Shown here: piece after piece, positions 17,892 to 27,577 of the stretch
Numbering within the stretch: position 1 is the first letter of the stretch
How the letters are laid out: every line of letters starts with the position of its first letter
Assembly: GCA_052145735.1 (NCBI GenBank)
Contig: JBKQOA010000143.1
Coordinates: 21,916-85,915 of the forward strand
Reading direction: 5' to 3'
Source of the DNA: Limisphaerales bacterium
GTDB lineage: Bacteria > Verrucomicrobiota > Verrucomicrobiia > Limisphaerales > UBA11358
Length of the DNA: 64,000 nt
The notes under the pieces: generated by a model
The model's input: only the letters and a program-made list of their open reading frames with translations
Databases searched by the model: none
What the model was told of the DNA's origin: nothing
Position numbers and translations under genes: made by a program

Positions 17892-18647
17892 ATGAGTCCC
17901 ATGACCACAGGTTTGCTGGTGTTCGGCTGCGTCCTCGGAGCCGCGTTGCTGGCGATGCGTTTGCGCACCGCGCTGCCACCGCATCACCTGAGCGCGGACA
18001 CCAAGGATACGGTGAAGCTCGCCATGGGATTGGTGGCGACCATGACCGCGCTGGTCCTCGGGCTGCTGGTCGCCTCGGCGAAGGGTTCGTACGACACCGC
18101 CCGGAGCGAGATGACCCAGATGGCGGCCAAATTCGTTGTCCTCGACCGCATTCTGGCCAATTACGGACCGGCGGCGGCGGAGCCGCGCAAACAGCTCCGC
18201 GAGGCCGCCGAACACCTCGTGGTTCTCCTCTGGCCGGCCTCGAGGTCCCAATCCGCCGAACTGGACCCCAGCGCCTCCAACGGCGAGGCGCTATACGACG
18301 CAATCCAGCAACTGTCACCGCAAAACGATGAGCAGCGCTGGCTCAAATCCCAGTGCCTGGCCCTCGCCATCGAACTCGGCCAGATGCGCTGGCTGCTGTT
18401 TGAGCAGTCGGACACTTCGATCTCCACACTCTTCCTGGTCGTCGTGGTCTGCTGGCTGGCAATAATATTCTTCAGCTTCGGCATGTTCGCGCCCTCCAAC
18501 AGCACGGTCATTGCGACGCTGTTCGTGGCGGCGCTGTCGGTGTCAGGCGCCATCTTCCTGATTCTGGAACTGGACCGGCCGTTCGGCGGGCTGATCCAGA
18601 TTTCCAGCCAGCCCATGCATAACGCGATCAATCATCTCGGACGTTAG
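17892..18647 (+). CDS. DUF4239-like membrane protein
   Basis: N-terminal TM, a helical middle part (DTKDTVKLAMGLVATMTALVLGLLVASAKGSYD) and two C-terminal TMs ending in ELDRPFGGLIQISSQP. This matches my recollection of DUF4239. Confidence 0.55.
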   Translation: MSPMTTGLLVFGCVLGAALLAMRLRTALPPHHLSADTKDTVKLAMGLVATMTALVLGLLVASAKGSYDTARSEMTQMAAKFVVLDRILANYGPAAAEPRKQLREAAEHLVVLLWPASRSQSAELDPSASNGEALYDAIQQLSPQNDEQRWLKSQCLALAIELGQMRWLLFEQSDTSISTLFLVVVVCWLAIIFFSFGMFAPSNSTVIATLFVAALSVSGAIFLILELDRPFGGLIQISSQPMHNAINHLGR

Positions 18648-18782
18648 CCTTGACCCATTTGTCTGCCGGCGCGTGAATTTGAAAAGCAGTTGAGTTGGCA
18701 GCCCGGCGGGTGTACGAGTTGTGCATCGGCCTGTCGGAGAAACGGTGGCGGTTAAACCAAACCAGACGGCCGGACCTTTGAT

Positions 18783-18977
18783 ATGAACCTCGATAAACTG
18801 AAGGGATTTTTCAATCAACTCAGCGCCCACGATCTGCCCACGGGAGCGGCAGCGCTGGTGGGCCTTGTGCTGTTGATCCTCGTGTTCAAGACCGGCAAAT
18901 CCATTTCGAGGCTGTTGCTCTTCCTCATCGCCGTCGGGCTGTTTGCCGGCGCCTGGTGGTGGCATCAACACAGATGA
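18783..18977 (+). CDS. Small two-TM membrane protein (hypothetical)
   Basis: 64 aa with two hydrophobic helices, followed by a hairpin at about 18989..19008. Support is weak. Confidence 0.35.
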   Translation: MNLDKLKGFFNQLSAHDLPTGAAALVGLVLLILVFKTGKSISRLLLFLIAVGLFAGAWWWHQHR

Positions 18978-19048
18978 TGCCTTTGCCGAGACGCGTTGAC
19001 GCGTCTTGGAGTTCCTCGGTTTCCGAGCGGGAAGCGAAGAGCAATCCG

Positions 19049-19134
19049 TCATCAGTGACCAGTGAACCGTAAGCGGGGTTCGCACGGCAGAATTGACAAT
19101 TGATTACTGATTACCGATTACTGATCGCTACTTA
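19049..19134. repeat. CAGT-rich quasi-palindromic intergenic element
   Basis: Left arm catcagtgaccagtgaaccgtaagc and right arm gattactgattaccgattactgatcgctacttac in opposite orientation, immediately upstream of the kinase gene. Confidence 0.6.
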
Positions 19135-19137
19135 CAA

Positions 19138-20919
19138 ATGAGCTGGGTCACCATCATCTGGTCCATGATCGCCTCGGTGAGCTTCACACTGGCGACGATC
19201 TATTTGCTGATCTGGTTTCGGGAGCGTCGTTCGTGGGCTTATTTGTGTTTCTTCGTCCTGGCGGCTGGCGTCATCGGGATGTCGGCGGGTGAGTTCGGTG
19301 CCATGTATGCTAAGTCGCCGGCAGAATACGGAGCGGCGATCCGGTGGGGGCACTTTGCGTTCGGGTTTATCGTCGTGGGCAGCCTGGGGTTTGTGCATTT
19401 TTACTTTGGCACCGGGAAAACATGGCTGCTCGGGGCGGCACTCGGTTTGCGGCTGCTGGCGGTGGCGGTGAACTTCAGCACGGGACTTAACCTGCATATC
19501 AGGGCCATCCAAAGTCTGCAGCAGGTGAACTTCCTCGGTGAGCCGGTGTCCATGCTCGGCGTGTGGACGCCCAATCCGTGGGTGCGGCTCGGTCAGTTGG
19601 CGGCGCTGGTGCAGGTTGTTTATGTGGTGGACGCTTCCCTCAGGCTGTGGCGCGCCGGCGCGCATGAATCGCGAAGACGCGCACTAATGGTGGGCGGACC
19701 GTTGGCCTTCTTCATCCTCTTCTCGTCGGCTCAGGCTGGATTGGTGACGGCGGGCGTGCTGCGGATGCCCATCATTGTGAGCTTTCCCTTCCTCGCCGTG
19801 TTGCTGGCCATGGGCTACGAGTTGAGCCGCGACGTACTCCGCGCCGCGCAACTGGGGCGGCAGTTGCAGGAGAGCGAACAGCAGATGGCCCTGGCCACCG
19901 AGGCGGCGAATCTCGGTGTCTGGGTTCGGGATCTCGTGCAGAATGAAATCTGGGCGAGCGACAAATGGCGCTCGCTGTTCGGCTTCCCGTCATCGGAGCG
20001 GCTGGATCTCGAAAAGTATCTGCAACGGCTGCATCCCGATGATCGTGAAACTGTCCGTCAAACGCTTGTGAATGCGACCAATGGCGCCGGCCGCTACGAG
20101 ACGGAATATCGCGTGATGCTGCCGGACGGCCAGTTGCGCTGGATCGCCTCGCGGGGTCGCGTCGAGTTCAACGGCGGAGGCAAGCCCGTTCGCGTGCGCG
20201 GCGCCTCCCTCGACATCACGGCGCGCAAGCAGGCGGAGGAATCGGCGCAGAACTTAAGCGGACGCTTGATCCACGCGCAGGAAGCCGAACGGATGCGTCT
20301 CGCGCGCGAACTGCACGATGACTTGAGCCAGAGCCTAGCTCTGCTTGCCGTCGAACTGGATATGTTTGGCCAGAAACCCGCCACCACCGGCGGGATCAGC
20401 GGCCGGATGCAGGAGTTTTCGGCGCAGGTGAGGGGCTTGTCGTCCGGTGTGCACCGGCTCTCCCACGAGTTGCACCCGGCGAAACTTGAGCAACTGGGTC
20501 TGGCGGCGGCGGTGCGCGGCTTCTGCAAGGAATTTGGTGCCGCGCACAAAATCGCGGTTGAGTTTGAGCCCCACGAAGTGCCGCGCGCGCTGCCGGATGA
20601 CATCGCGCTCTGCCTCTACCGCATCGTGCAGGAGGGGCTGCAAAACGTGGTCAAGCACAGCGGCGCCGCCGGCGCGAAGGTGGCCTTGACGGCGGATGCA
20701 AAAGAACTTTGCCTCGTCGTTTCGGATCAGGGCTGTGGTTTCGATTCCCTGGCGGTTGGCGGGGGTTCGCTGGGACTGGTCAGCATGCGCGAACGTGTGC
20801 GGCTGGTGCGGGGACACATTTCCGTGCAGTCCCGCAAAGGTGCTAGCACGCGAATCGAAGTGCATATTCCATTGGGCGGATTGCACGAATCGTTCGCTTG
20901 TGCAGTTGAAACCAACTGA
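19138..20919 (+). CDS. Sensor histidine kinase (multi-TM N-terminal sensor, PAS, HisKA_3, HATPase_c)
   Basis: About 7 hydrophobic helices, then a PAS_3-like segment (HPDDRETV..YETEYRVMLPDGQLRWI..DITARKQAEE), an H-box ERMRLARELHDDLSQSL and ATPase motifs. Confidence 0.9.
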   Translation: MSWVTIIWSMIASVSFTLATIYLLIWFRERRSWAYLCFFVLAAGVIGMSAGEFGAMYAKSPAEYGAAIRWGHFAFGFIVVGSLGFVHFYFGTGKTWLLGAALGLRLLAVAVNFSTGLNLHIRAIQSLQQVNFLGEPVSMLGVWTPNPWVRLGQLAALVQVVYVVDASLRLWRAGAHESRRRALMVGGPLAFFILFSSAQAGLVTAGVLRMPIIVSFPFLAVLLAMGYELSRDVLRAAQLGRQLQESEQQMALATEAANLGVWVRDLVQNEIWASDKWRSLFGFPSSERLDLEKYLQRLHPDDRETVRQTLVNATNGAGRYETEYRVMLPDGQLRWIASRGRVEFNGGGKPVRVRGASLDITARKQAEESAQNLSGRLIHAQEAERMRLARELHDDLSQSLALLAVELDMFGQKPATTGGISGRMQEFSAQVRGLSSGVHRLSHELHPAKLEQLGLAAAVRGFCKEFGAAHKIAVEFEPHEVPRALPDDIALCLYRIVQEGLQNVVKHSGAAGAKVALTADAKELCLVVSDQGCGFDSLAVGGGSLGLVSMRERVRLVRGHISVQSRKGASTRIEVHIPLGGLHESFACAVETN

Positions 20920-20967
20920 TGCTTCCTCCATACTCGGTCAGACGCGGCAAAACGAGTCAGCGCACCC

Positions 20968-21615
20968 ATGAACCACCGCCCCCGCATCCTGCTGGCCGAT
21001 GACCACACCATGTTGCTCGACGCCTTCCGGCGTCTGCTGGAGCCGCAGTGCGAGATTGTCGGCACGGCATCCGATGGCCGTGCTCTGATCGAACTCGCCC
21101 TCAAGACCAATCCGGAGATCATCGTTCTGGACATCTCCATGCCGCGCTTGAACGGCATGGATGCCTGCGCGCAACTCCGACGCAAACTGCCCGGCATCAA
21201 GTTTATTTTCCTCACCGTCAACGAAGACCCTGACCTCGCCGCCGAAGCCATGGGCATGGGCGCCTCGGCATTTCTGCTGAAAAAATCCGCTTCCGCCGAG
21301 TTGACCCTGGCCATCGAAAGCGCGCTGTCGGGCCGTACCTACATCACCCCGCTGATAACGAAGGGCAAATCGCTCGGCGCATTCCTCGATGCCTCGGTAA
21401 AACCAGCCGCCGAAAAACTCACCGCCCGCCAGCGCGAAGTTCTCCAGTTGCTGGCGGAAGGAAAGCTGATGAAAGAGGCGGCGGATATTTTGAAACTCAC
21501 CCCGCGCACCATTGCCTTCCACAAATACGCCATCATGGAACAGCTTGGCGTCAAGACCAGCGCCGAACTGGTCCAATACGCCGTCGAGCATCACCTGTTG
21601 ACTCCACGCGCATAA
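20968..21615 (+). CDS. NarL/LuxR-family response regulator (REC + LuxR HTH)
   Basis: ILLADDH..VLDISMPRLNGMDA receiver motifs and LTARQREVLQLLAEGKLMKEAADILKLTPRTIAFHK HTH. Confidence 0.9.
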   Translation: MNHRPRILLADDHTMLLDAFRRLLEPQCEIVGTASDGRALIELALKTNPEIIVLDISMPRLNGMDACAQLRRKLPGIKFIFLTVNEDPDLAAEAMGMGASAFLLKKSASAELTLAIESALSGRTYITPLITKGKSLGAFLDASVKPAAEKLTARQREVLQLLAEGKLMKEAADILKLTPRTIAFHKYAIMEQLGVKTSAELVQYAVEHHLLTPRA

Positions 21616-21630
21616 TCCGTCCTCCGTAGC

Positions 21631-21691
21631 GGCGTCTCGGCAGAGCGCCGTTCTTTTCTCCGGCGGAATGGCGGCGCTCTGATGAGACGCC
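21631..21691. repeat. REP-like long hairpin, possible terminator after the response-regulator gene
   Basis: GGCGTCTC..AGAGCGCCG pairs with CGGCGCTCT..GAGACGCC. There is no T-run afterwards. Confidence 0.55.
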
Positions 21692-21757
21692 GCCACGACC
21701 TGTTACTTCTGACAGTAGCTGTTTCCCACGCTGCCGCCTACGATTCGGTCCGATTTC

Positions 21758-22168
21758 ATGATTACTGTGGCAAAAACCGCGCGCGTGCTGCTGGCGGATG
21801 ATCATTCGGCTGTCCTGGTGCAGACCACCAGTCTGCTCGCCGCCGAGTTCGAGATTGTCGGCTCGGTTGGCAACGGGCTGGACCTGGTCACGGCTGCTGC
21901 GCGGCTCGATCCCGATATAGTGGTGCTCGACATCACCATGCCGGGCTTGGATGGTCTCGAAGCTGCCCGGCGGCTTCAGCTTGCCAAAACCCGTGCGAAG
22001 CTCGTGTTTCTCACCGTCCATGAAGATCCAGACTACGTGCGCACCGCGTGGCAGGCGGGCGCCGCCGCCTATGTCATCAAGGCGCGTCTGGCCACCGACC
22101 TCGTTACCGCCATCCACGAAGCCCTCGCGGGACGCCGCTTCGTCTCGCCAACCATTTCCCTGGAATAA
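21758..22168 (+). CDS. Stand-alone receiver (REC) domain protein
   Basis: VLLADDH..VVLDITMPGLDGLEAA..VFLTVHEDPDY..YVIK. There is no output domain. Confidence 0.85.
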   Translation: MITVAKTARVLLADDHSAVLVQTTSLLAAEFEIVGSVGNGLDLVTAAARLDPDIVVLDITMPGLDGLEAARRLQLAKTRAKLVFLTVHEDPDYVRTAWQAGAAAYVIKARLATDLVTAIHEALAGRRFVSPTISLE

Positions 22169-22194
22169 AATCCATAAACAAATAACAAATCGCC

Positions 22195-23073
22195 ATGAAA
22201 TCAAAACTGAAACTCCTCGCGCTCGCCTGCGCTCTCGCGGCGACTGCGGCCCAGGCCCAAACCGATTCTGGCTTCCACAGCCAGCTCACCCTTGCGCCTG
22301 CCGACGCCAGCGCCTCCGGTGGTGGAGCGGCCGACGAGAAGGCGGCCCAGGAAGCCGAACTGGCCAAGAAACTCCAGAACCCCGTCGCCGCTCTGATCAG
22401 CGTGCCCATCCAGAACAACTGGGACTTCGGCATCGGCCCGGCCAACGCAATGAAATATACGGCCAACATCCAGCCGGTTGTTCCGCTTTCCATCAGCAAG
22501 GATATGAACCTTATCGTCCGCACCATACTGCCGGTCATCTATGCGGAATCGCCGGTCAATGGCGGCTCATCGCATTCCGGTCTGGGGGATACCACGCAAA
22601 GTTTCTTCTTCTCGCCCAAGGAACCCGTGGACGACTGGATTCTGGGTGCCGGCCCGGTGGGCTATTATCCCACGGCCACTGAAAGTGAATTGGGCGCCGG
22701 CAAGTGGGGCGCCGGTCCGACCGTCGTAGCGCTGCAACAAAAGAACGGCTTCACCTACGGTTTTCTCTACAACCACATTTGGTCCTTCGCCGGTCAGGAT
22801 GACCGACAGAACGTCAACACCTGCTTTCTGCAGCCGTTCGCTGGCTACACCACCAAGACCTTTACCACCTTCACCGTGAACACCGAATCCACCTACGACT
22901 GGCAAGCCCACCAATGGACGGTGCCGTTGAACTTCATGGTTCAGCAGCTGGTGAAGATCGGCAAGCAACCCATCGCCTTCCAGTTTGGCTATCGCTACTA
23001 CGCGCAAAGACCCGCCAATGGGCCGGACTGGGGATTGCGCTTCACCATAACCTTCCTCTTCCCGAAAAAATGA
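22195..23073 (+). CDS. Putative outer-membrane beta-barrel protein
   Basis: Signal peptide ending AAQAQ, conserved LQNPVAALISVPIQNNWDFGIGP segment, alternating strands and a C-terminal ..FTITFLFPKK. Confidence 0.6.
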   Translation: MKSKLKLLALACALAATAAQAQTDSGFHSQLTLAPADASASGGGAADEKAAQEAELAKKLQNPVAALISVPIQNNWDFGIGPANAMKYTANIQPVVPLSISKDMNLIVRTILPVIYAESPVNGGSSHSGLGDTTQSFFFSPKEPVDDWILGAGPVGYYPTATESELGAGKWGAGPTVVALQQKNGFTYGFLYNHIWSFAGQDDRQNVNTCFLQPFAGYTTKTFTTFTVNTESTYDWQAHQWTVPLNFMVQQLVKIGKQPIAFQFGYRYYAQRPANGPDWGLRFTITFLFPKK

Positions 23074-23173
23074 AAAACCACCAACGACTGATTACTGAAT
23101 TTGACTGACGCTGACCGAACCAAACCGCACAACTCACAAAAATGTAACAAGACAACAAAACCATAAACCAAAT

Positions 23174-23836
23174 ATGAAAACATCCAAACTGACATTGCTC
23201 GCATCAAACCTCGCACTCACCGTGGCCGTGGCCATCCTGGCCGGCTGCGCCTCGCACAATTATGACAAGGGCTCGGCCACGGCCGCCGGATTGAGGGAGT
23301 CCGCCGACAAAATCTCGGTCGCCGACGGACAGTTGAACGCCACGCTGGCCTCCTTGAACAACCTGGTGGAGCGCCCGCAAGCCGACTTGCGCCCGCAGTA
23401 TCAACAATTCTCCGACAACGTGGACAACCTCGCGTCGCTCGCCAAGCATGTGGATGATTCGGTGACCTCGATGCGCAAGAATGGCAAGGAATACTTCGCC
23501 AAATGGAATGAGGAACTCGCCGGCATCAAAAACGAGGACATCCGCAACCGCAGCGCCGCGCGCCAGAAAGAAGTCAGCGATGCGTTCTCGGACGTAAAGC
23601 GGAGTTATGCCGAGGCTGAAACCGACTTCAAGCCGTTCATGTCCGACCTGCGCGACATCCAGAAATATCTCGGCACCGATCTGACCCCGGCGGGCGTCGC
23701 TTCCATGAAGGACGTCGCGGCCAAGGCCAACAAAACCGGCGCCACGCTCAAGAAATCCGTGAACAAACTGGCGGCCGATTTCAAATCGCTCGGCGTCGCC
23801 ATGTCGGCGGCAGCTCCGCAACCCGCGCCGCAATAA
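23174..23836 (+). CDS. DUF2959-like helical lipoprotein (paralog 1 of 2)
   Basis: Lipobox LAGCAS. Helical, with KEYFAKWNEELAGIKNEDIRNRSAARQ and FKPFMSDLRDIQKYLGTDLTPAG. Paralog of 60637..61290. Confidence 0.55.
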   Translation: MKTSKLTLLASNLALTVAVAILAGCASHNYDKGSATAAGLRESADKISVADGQLNATLASLNNLVERPQADLRPQYQQFSDNVDNLASLAKHVDDSVTSMRKNGKEYFAKWNEELAGIKNEDIRNRSAARQKEVSDAFSDVKRSYAEAETDFKPFMSDLRDIQKYLGTDLTPAGVASMKDVAAKANKTGATLKKSVNKLAADFKSLGVAMSAAAPQPAPQ

Positions 23837-24018
23837 AAAACCGATTCAACAGGAGCAAACAGAGATAACAGAGACCGAAAAGCAAATCCCCGTTGCCTCC
23901 TGTTCAAATCCGGAATACCGTGGCAACCCAAACCAATTTGTTCAGCGCTGAAAGAATCGAACCACGCGAAGGACAGAAAACAAATCAACCAAACAGTAAA
24001 TAAACCAAAAGGAAAAAC

Positions 24019-25647
24019 ATGAAACGAAGTAACTTGATCAAATACGGTCTGACCGTGCTGACCGCTTCGACGGCGCTTTTTAGCGCTGGCGGAACGGCGC
24101 AGGCGGCGGACGCCAAGAAACCCAACATCGTCATCATCTGGGGCGACGACATCGGCATAACCGACATCAGCGCCTACTCGATGGGCTTGATGGGCTTCAG
24201 AACCCCAAACATTGATCGCGTCGCGAAAGAAGGCGTGATCTTCACGGACTACTACGCCGAGCAGAGTTGCACGGCGGGTCGCGCCTCGTTCATCACCGGC
24301 CAATGCGGCCTGCGCACCGGCAACACCAAAGTCGGCCTGCCTGGCGCGGCCCAGGGTCTGCAAGACCGCGACGTGACCATTGCCCAAATGCTCAAGGCCC
24401 AGGGCTATGCCACCGCGCAGTTCGGCAAGAACCATCTCGGCGACCGGAATGAATTCCTGCCCACCGTCCACGGGTTCGATGAGTTCTACGGCCCGCTCTA
24501 CCATCTGAACGCCTCCGAAGAACCCGAACAGCCGGACTACCCGAAGGCCCCGCAATACCCGAATTTCCTCGCCAATTTCGGCCCGCGCGGCGTGCTGGAT
24601 TGCAAAGCTACGACCGTGGATGACCCGACGGTTGATCCGCGCTTCGGCAAGGTCGGCAAGCAAACCGTCGTGGACACCGGCGCACTGACCAAGAAGCGCA
24701 TGGAAACCTGCGATGACGACTTCGCCGCCCGCGCGGTGGACTTTCTCAAGCGCGAGCACGCAGCCGGCAAGCCGGTGTTCCTCTGGGTGAACTTCACCCA
24801 CATGCACTTCCGCACGCACGTGAAGCCCGAGAGCGTCGGGCAGTCCGGTCAGTTTCAGAGCGAATACCACGACGCAATGATTGACCACGACAAGAACGTC
24901 GGCGAGGTCCTCAAAGCGTTGGATGACTTGGGCATGGCCGACAACACCATCGTCATGTATAGCACCGATAACGGCCCGCACATGAACTCCTGGCCGGATG
25001 CCGCGATGACACCGTTCCGCAGCGAGAAGAACTCGAACTGGGAAGGTGCTTACCGCGTGCCCGCGATGCTGCGCTGGCCGGGCCACATCCCAGCCGGAAC
25101 GATTAACAACGACATTGTGTCACACTTGGATTTCTTTCCCACGCTCCTCGCCGCTGCCGGTGTTCCTGACGTGAAAGAGCAGCTCCTGAAGGGCATGAAA
25201 GTCGGCGACACCACCTACAAGGTGCATCTCGACGGTTATAATATGCTGCCGCTCTTCACGGGCGAGACCACGGTGGATCCGCGCAAGGAGTTCTTCTATT
25301 TCAACGACGACGCCGAGCTGGTTGCGCTGCGCTATGACAACTGGAAGATTGTCTTCGAGGAACAGCAGGCCCAGGGCACGATGAAGATTTGGAGCACGCC
25401 GTTTGTCACCCTGCGCGTGCCGAAGCTCTTTAATCTTCGCACCGACCCCTACGAGCGCGCCGACATCACGTCGAACACCTATTACGACTGGCTGCTCAAC
25501 CACGCGTTTGTCTTCGTGCCGGCGCAGGCCAAGGTCGGCGAATTTCTCGCCACGTTCAAGGACTTCCCGCCGAGCCAGAAGGCGGGCAGCTTCAGCCTGA
25601 AGGATGTCATGGATAAAATGAGCGAAGGCGCGACCGGCAACGACTAA
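24019..25647 (+). CDS. Arylsulfatase (Cys-type, C-x-A-x-R variant)
   Basis: PNIVIIWGDDIG, CTAGRASFITGQ and STDNGP. Signal peptide MKRSNLIKYGLT. Confidence 0.9.
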   Translation: MKRSNLIKYGLTVLTASTALFSAGGTAQAADAKKPNIVIIWGDDIGITDISAYSMGLMGFRTPNIDRVAKEGVIFTDYYAEQSCTAGRASFITGQCGLRTGNTKVGLPGAAQGLQDRDVTIAQMLKAQGYATAQFGKNHLGDRNEFLPTVHGFDEFYGPLYHLNASEEPEQPDYPKAPQYPNFLANFGPRGVLDCKATTVDDPTVDPRFGKVGKQTVVDTGALTKKRMETCDDDFAARAVDFLKREHAAGKPVFLWVNFTHMHFRTHVKPESVGQSGQFQSEYHDAMIDHDKNVGEVLKALDDLGMADNTIVMYSTDNGPHMNSWPDAAMTPFRSEKNSNWEGAYRVPAMLRWPGHIPAGTINNDIVSHLDFFPTLLAAAGVPDVKEQLLKGMKVGDTTYKVHLDGYNMLPLFTGETTVDPRKEFFYFNDDAELVALRYDNWKIVFEEQQAQGTMKIWSTPFVTLRVPKLFNLRTDPYERADITSNTYYDWLLNHAFVFVPAQAKVGEFLATFKDFPPSQKAGSFSLKDVMDKMSEGATGND

Positions 25648-25730
25648 TGCCTCGCTTGTGAAACACGCGGGCTGGCCGGGTGGCCGGCCCGCGACTTCAC
25701 CAGCGAACGAACCACAAACAAATCATAAAC

Positions 25731-27383
25731 ATGAAAACCATATTCAAACAAACCTTGCTCGCCGTAGCGCTTGTTTGCGCGGTGGCTTTCACTTCGATCA
25801 TCGCCCGCGCCGCGGACCCGTTGCCCTCGTGGAACGACGGCAAGGCCAAGCAGTCCATCATTGATTTCGTCACGAAGGTGACAACCCCCGGCTCGCCGGA
25901 TTTTGTGCCGGTGCCGGAGCGCATCGCCACGTTCGACAACGACGGCACGCTCTGGTGCGAACAGCCGTTGCCGGTCCAGCTCTATTTCGCGCTCGACCGC
26001 GTGAAGACCCTTGCGCCGTCGCATCCCGAGTGGAAGACGCAGGAGCCGTTCGCCTCCATCCTCAAGGGTGATTTGAAAGGTGCGATGGCCGGCGGCGACC
26101 ACGCGCTGCTCGAACTCCTCATGGTCACGCACACGGGAAATACCACCGAGGAATTTGAGCAGATCGTCAAGGATTGGATCGCCACCGCGAAACATCCCAA
26201 GACCGGCAGGCTTTTCACTGACATGACCTATCAGCCGATGCTCGAAGTGCTCGCCTATCTGCGCGCGAACGGCTTCAAAAACTTCATCGTCTCCGGCGGC
26301 GGCATCGAGTTCATGCGTCCGTGGACGGAGCCGGTTTACGGCATCCCGCCGGAACAGGTCGTCGGCAGCAGCGTGAAGACGAAGTTTGAAATGCGCGACG
26401 GCAAACCCGTGCTCATGCGCCTTGCGGAACTGAACTTCAATGACGACAAGGCCGACAAGCCCGTCGGCATCAACCAGCACATTGGCCGCCGGCCCATCAT
26501 GGCGTTCGGCAATTCGCGCGGCGACCAAGAGATGCTGGAGTACACGCAGGGCGGCAGTGGCGCGCGGTTCGAGCTGCTGGTGTTGCACGATGATGCGGCG
26601 CGCGAATACGCCTACGGTCCGGCGCTCGGTTTGCCGGACACCAAGCTGGGTGCGTTCACGCAGGCGGTTTACGACGAGGCGCAGAAATCGGGCTGGACTG
26701 TGGTCAGCATGAAAAATGATTGGAACATTGTGTTTCCTTCCGTTGAATCCCCAGTCACGGCCATTGACATCCTTTTGGAACCAGACGCCACGATGCTTCA
26801 GAAGTGCGCCGCCAACAACGCCCGTCTGCTCGGCGTCTTCCCGAAAGGTTTCGCGCTGGATGCCACACACACACCTCATATCACGATGCTCCAGTGTTTC
26901 GTTCGCACGGTGGACTTGGACCAGCTTTATGCCGCCGAAGAAAAAGTGTTGGCCGCCGCCAACATTAGCGCGCTAAAGCTGGAAGCGTTCAAATACTACT
27001 ACGCTCCGGCCGGCGCGACCGGTGTGGCCGGTATCTGCACCAGGCCGACGCCGGAAATCCTGAAGCTGCAGGCGGACGTCATCGCCACCGCGAAGCCGTT
27101 CATGCAGGAAACCGGTCCGATCGGCGCGTTCACCGCGCCGCACGACAATCCCGCGATTGACGCGGCCCTCATCGGATACGTGTCCACGTTCGTGCCGAAG
27201 ATGAGCGGCGAAAATTACAATCCGCACGTCAGCACCGGCGTCGCCCCCGTCGCCTACCTCGACCAGATGCTGGCCGAGCCATTTGAGCCGTTCACTTTCT
27301 CGCCCGCCGCCGCGGCCGTTTACCAGCTCGGCCCGTTCGGCACGGCAGCGAAGAAGCTCAAGCAATTTGACCTGAAACCATGA
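25731..27383 (+). CDS. Secreted fusion protein: HAD-superfamily hydrolase (N-terminal) plus 2H phosphoesterase-like domain (C-terminal)
   Basis: Signal peptide. HAD motifs FDNDGTLW (DxDGT), FIVSGGG and FGNSRGDQEM. The C-terminal ~200 aa carry two H-x-T/S motifs (PHITML, PHVSTG) characteristic of the 2H/LigT superfamily. Confidence 0.65.
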   Translation: MKTIFKQTLLAVALVCAVAFTSIIARAADPLPSWNDGKAKQSIIDFVTKVTTPGSPDFVPVPERIATFDNDGTLWCEQPLPVQLYFALDRVKTLAPSHPEWKTQEPFASILKGDLKGAMAGGDHALLELLMVTHTGNTTEEFEQIVKDWIATAKHPKTGRLFTDMTYQPMLEVLAYLRANGFKNFIVSGGGIEFMRPWTEPVYGIPPEQVVGSSVKTKFEMRDGKPVLMRLAELNFNDDKADKPVGINQHIGRRPIMAFGNSRGDQEMLEYTQGGSGARFELLVLHDDAAREYAYGPALGLPDTKLGAFTQAVYDEAQKSGWTVVSMKNDWNIVFPSVESPVTAIDILLEPDATMLQKCAANNARLLGVFPKGFALDATHTPHITMLQCFVRTVDLDQLYAAEEKVLAAANISALKLEAFKYYYAPAGATGVAGICTRPTPEILKLQADVIATAKPFMQETGPIGAFTAPHDNPAIDAALIGYVSTFVPKMSGENYNPHVSTGVAPVAYLDQMLAEPFEPFTFSPAAAAVYQLGPFGTAAKKLKQFDLKP

Positions 27384-27404
27384 ACCGGTTTAGCAGGGAG
27401 CGGG

Positions 27405-27577
27405 GAGTAGTAATCGGTGATCAGTAAACAGTATTCAGTAAGCGGCAAGCCAGAGATGAATGCGTTAAGAAAAAATCAGTTCGCGTTAGGCGGTAGTCAG
27501 ACTGCGCTGGCCGTGAGGCTAAGCGACGACGACCGTTTTTCAGGCGGCGCTACTGATCACTGTTCACTGCTTACTCC
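27405..27577. repeat. CAGT-rich element pair flanking ~105 nt
   Basis: taatcggtgatcagtaaacagtattcagtaagc (27410-27443) and ctactgatcactgttcactgcttac (27551-27575) in opposite orientation. The pair overlaps the uncertain 5' end of the following gene. Confidence 0.5.

Noticed and set aside
19049-19134. Possible CRISPR array, given the recurring CAGT-rich repeats
   Set aside because: The units are short, degenerate and directly abutting or irregularly spaced. They are scattered over many loci, there are no unique spacers of constant length, and no cas genes are in the window.
23885-23915. tRNA-like T-loop string GTTCAAATCC in the spacer before the 24019 sulfatase
   Set aside because: The flanking bases do not form a T-stem (tcctg / ccgga are not complementary), and no acceptor or anticodon arms can be drawn. 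It looks like part of a dispersed short repeat rather than a tRNA.
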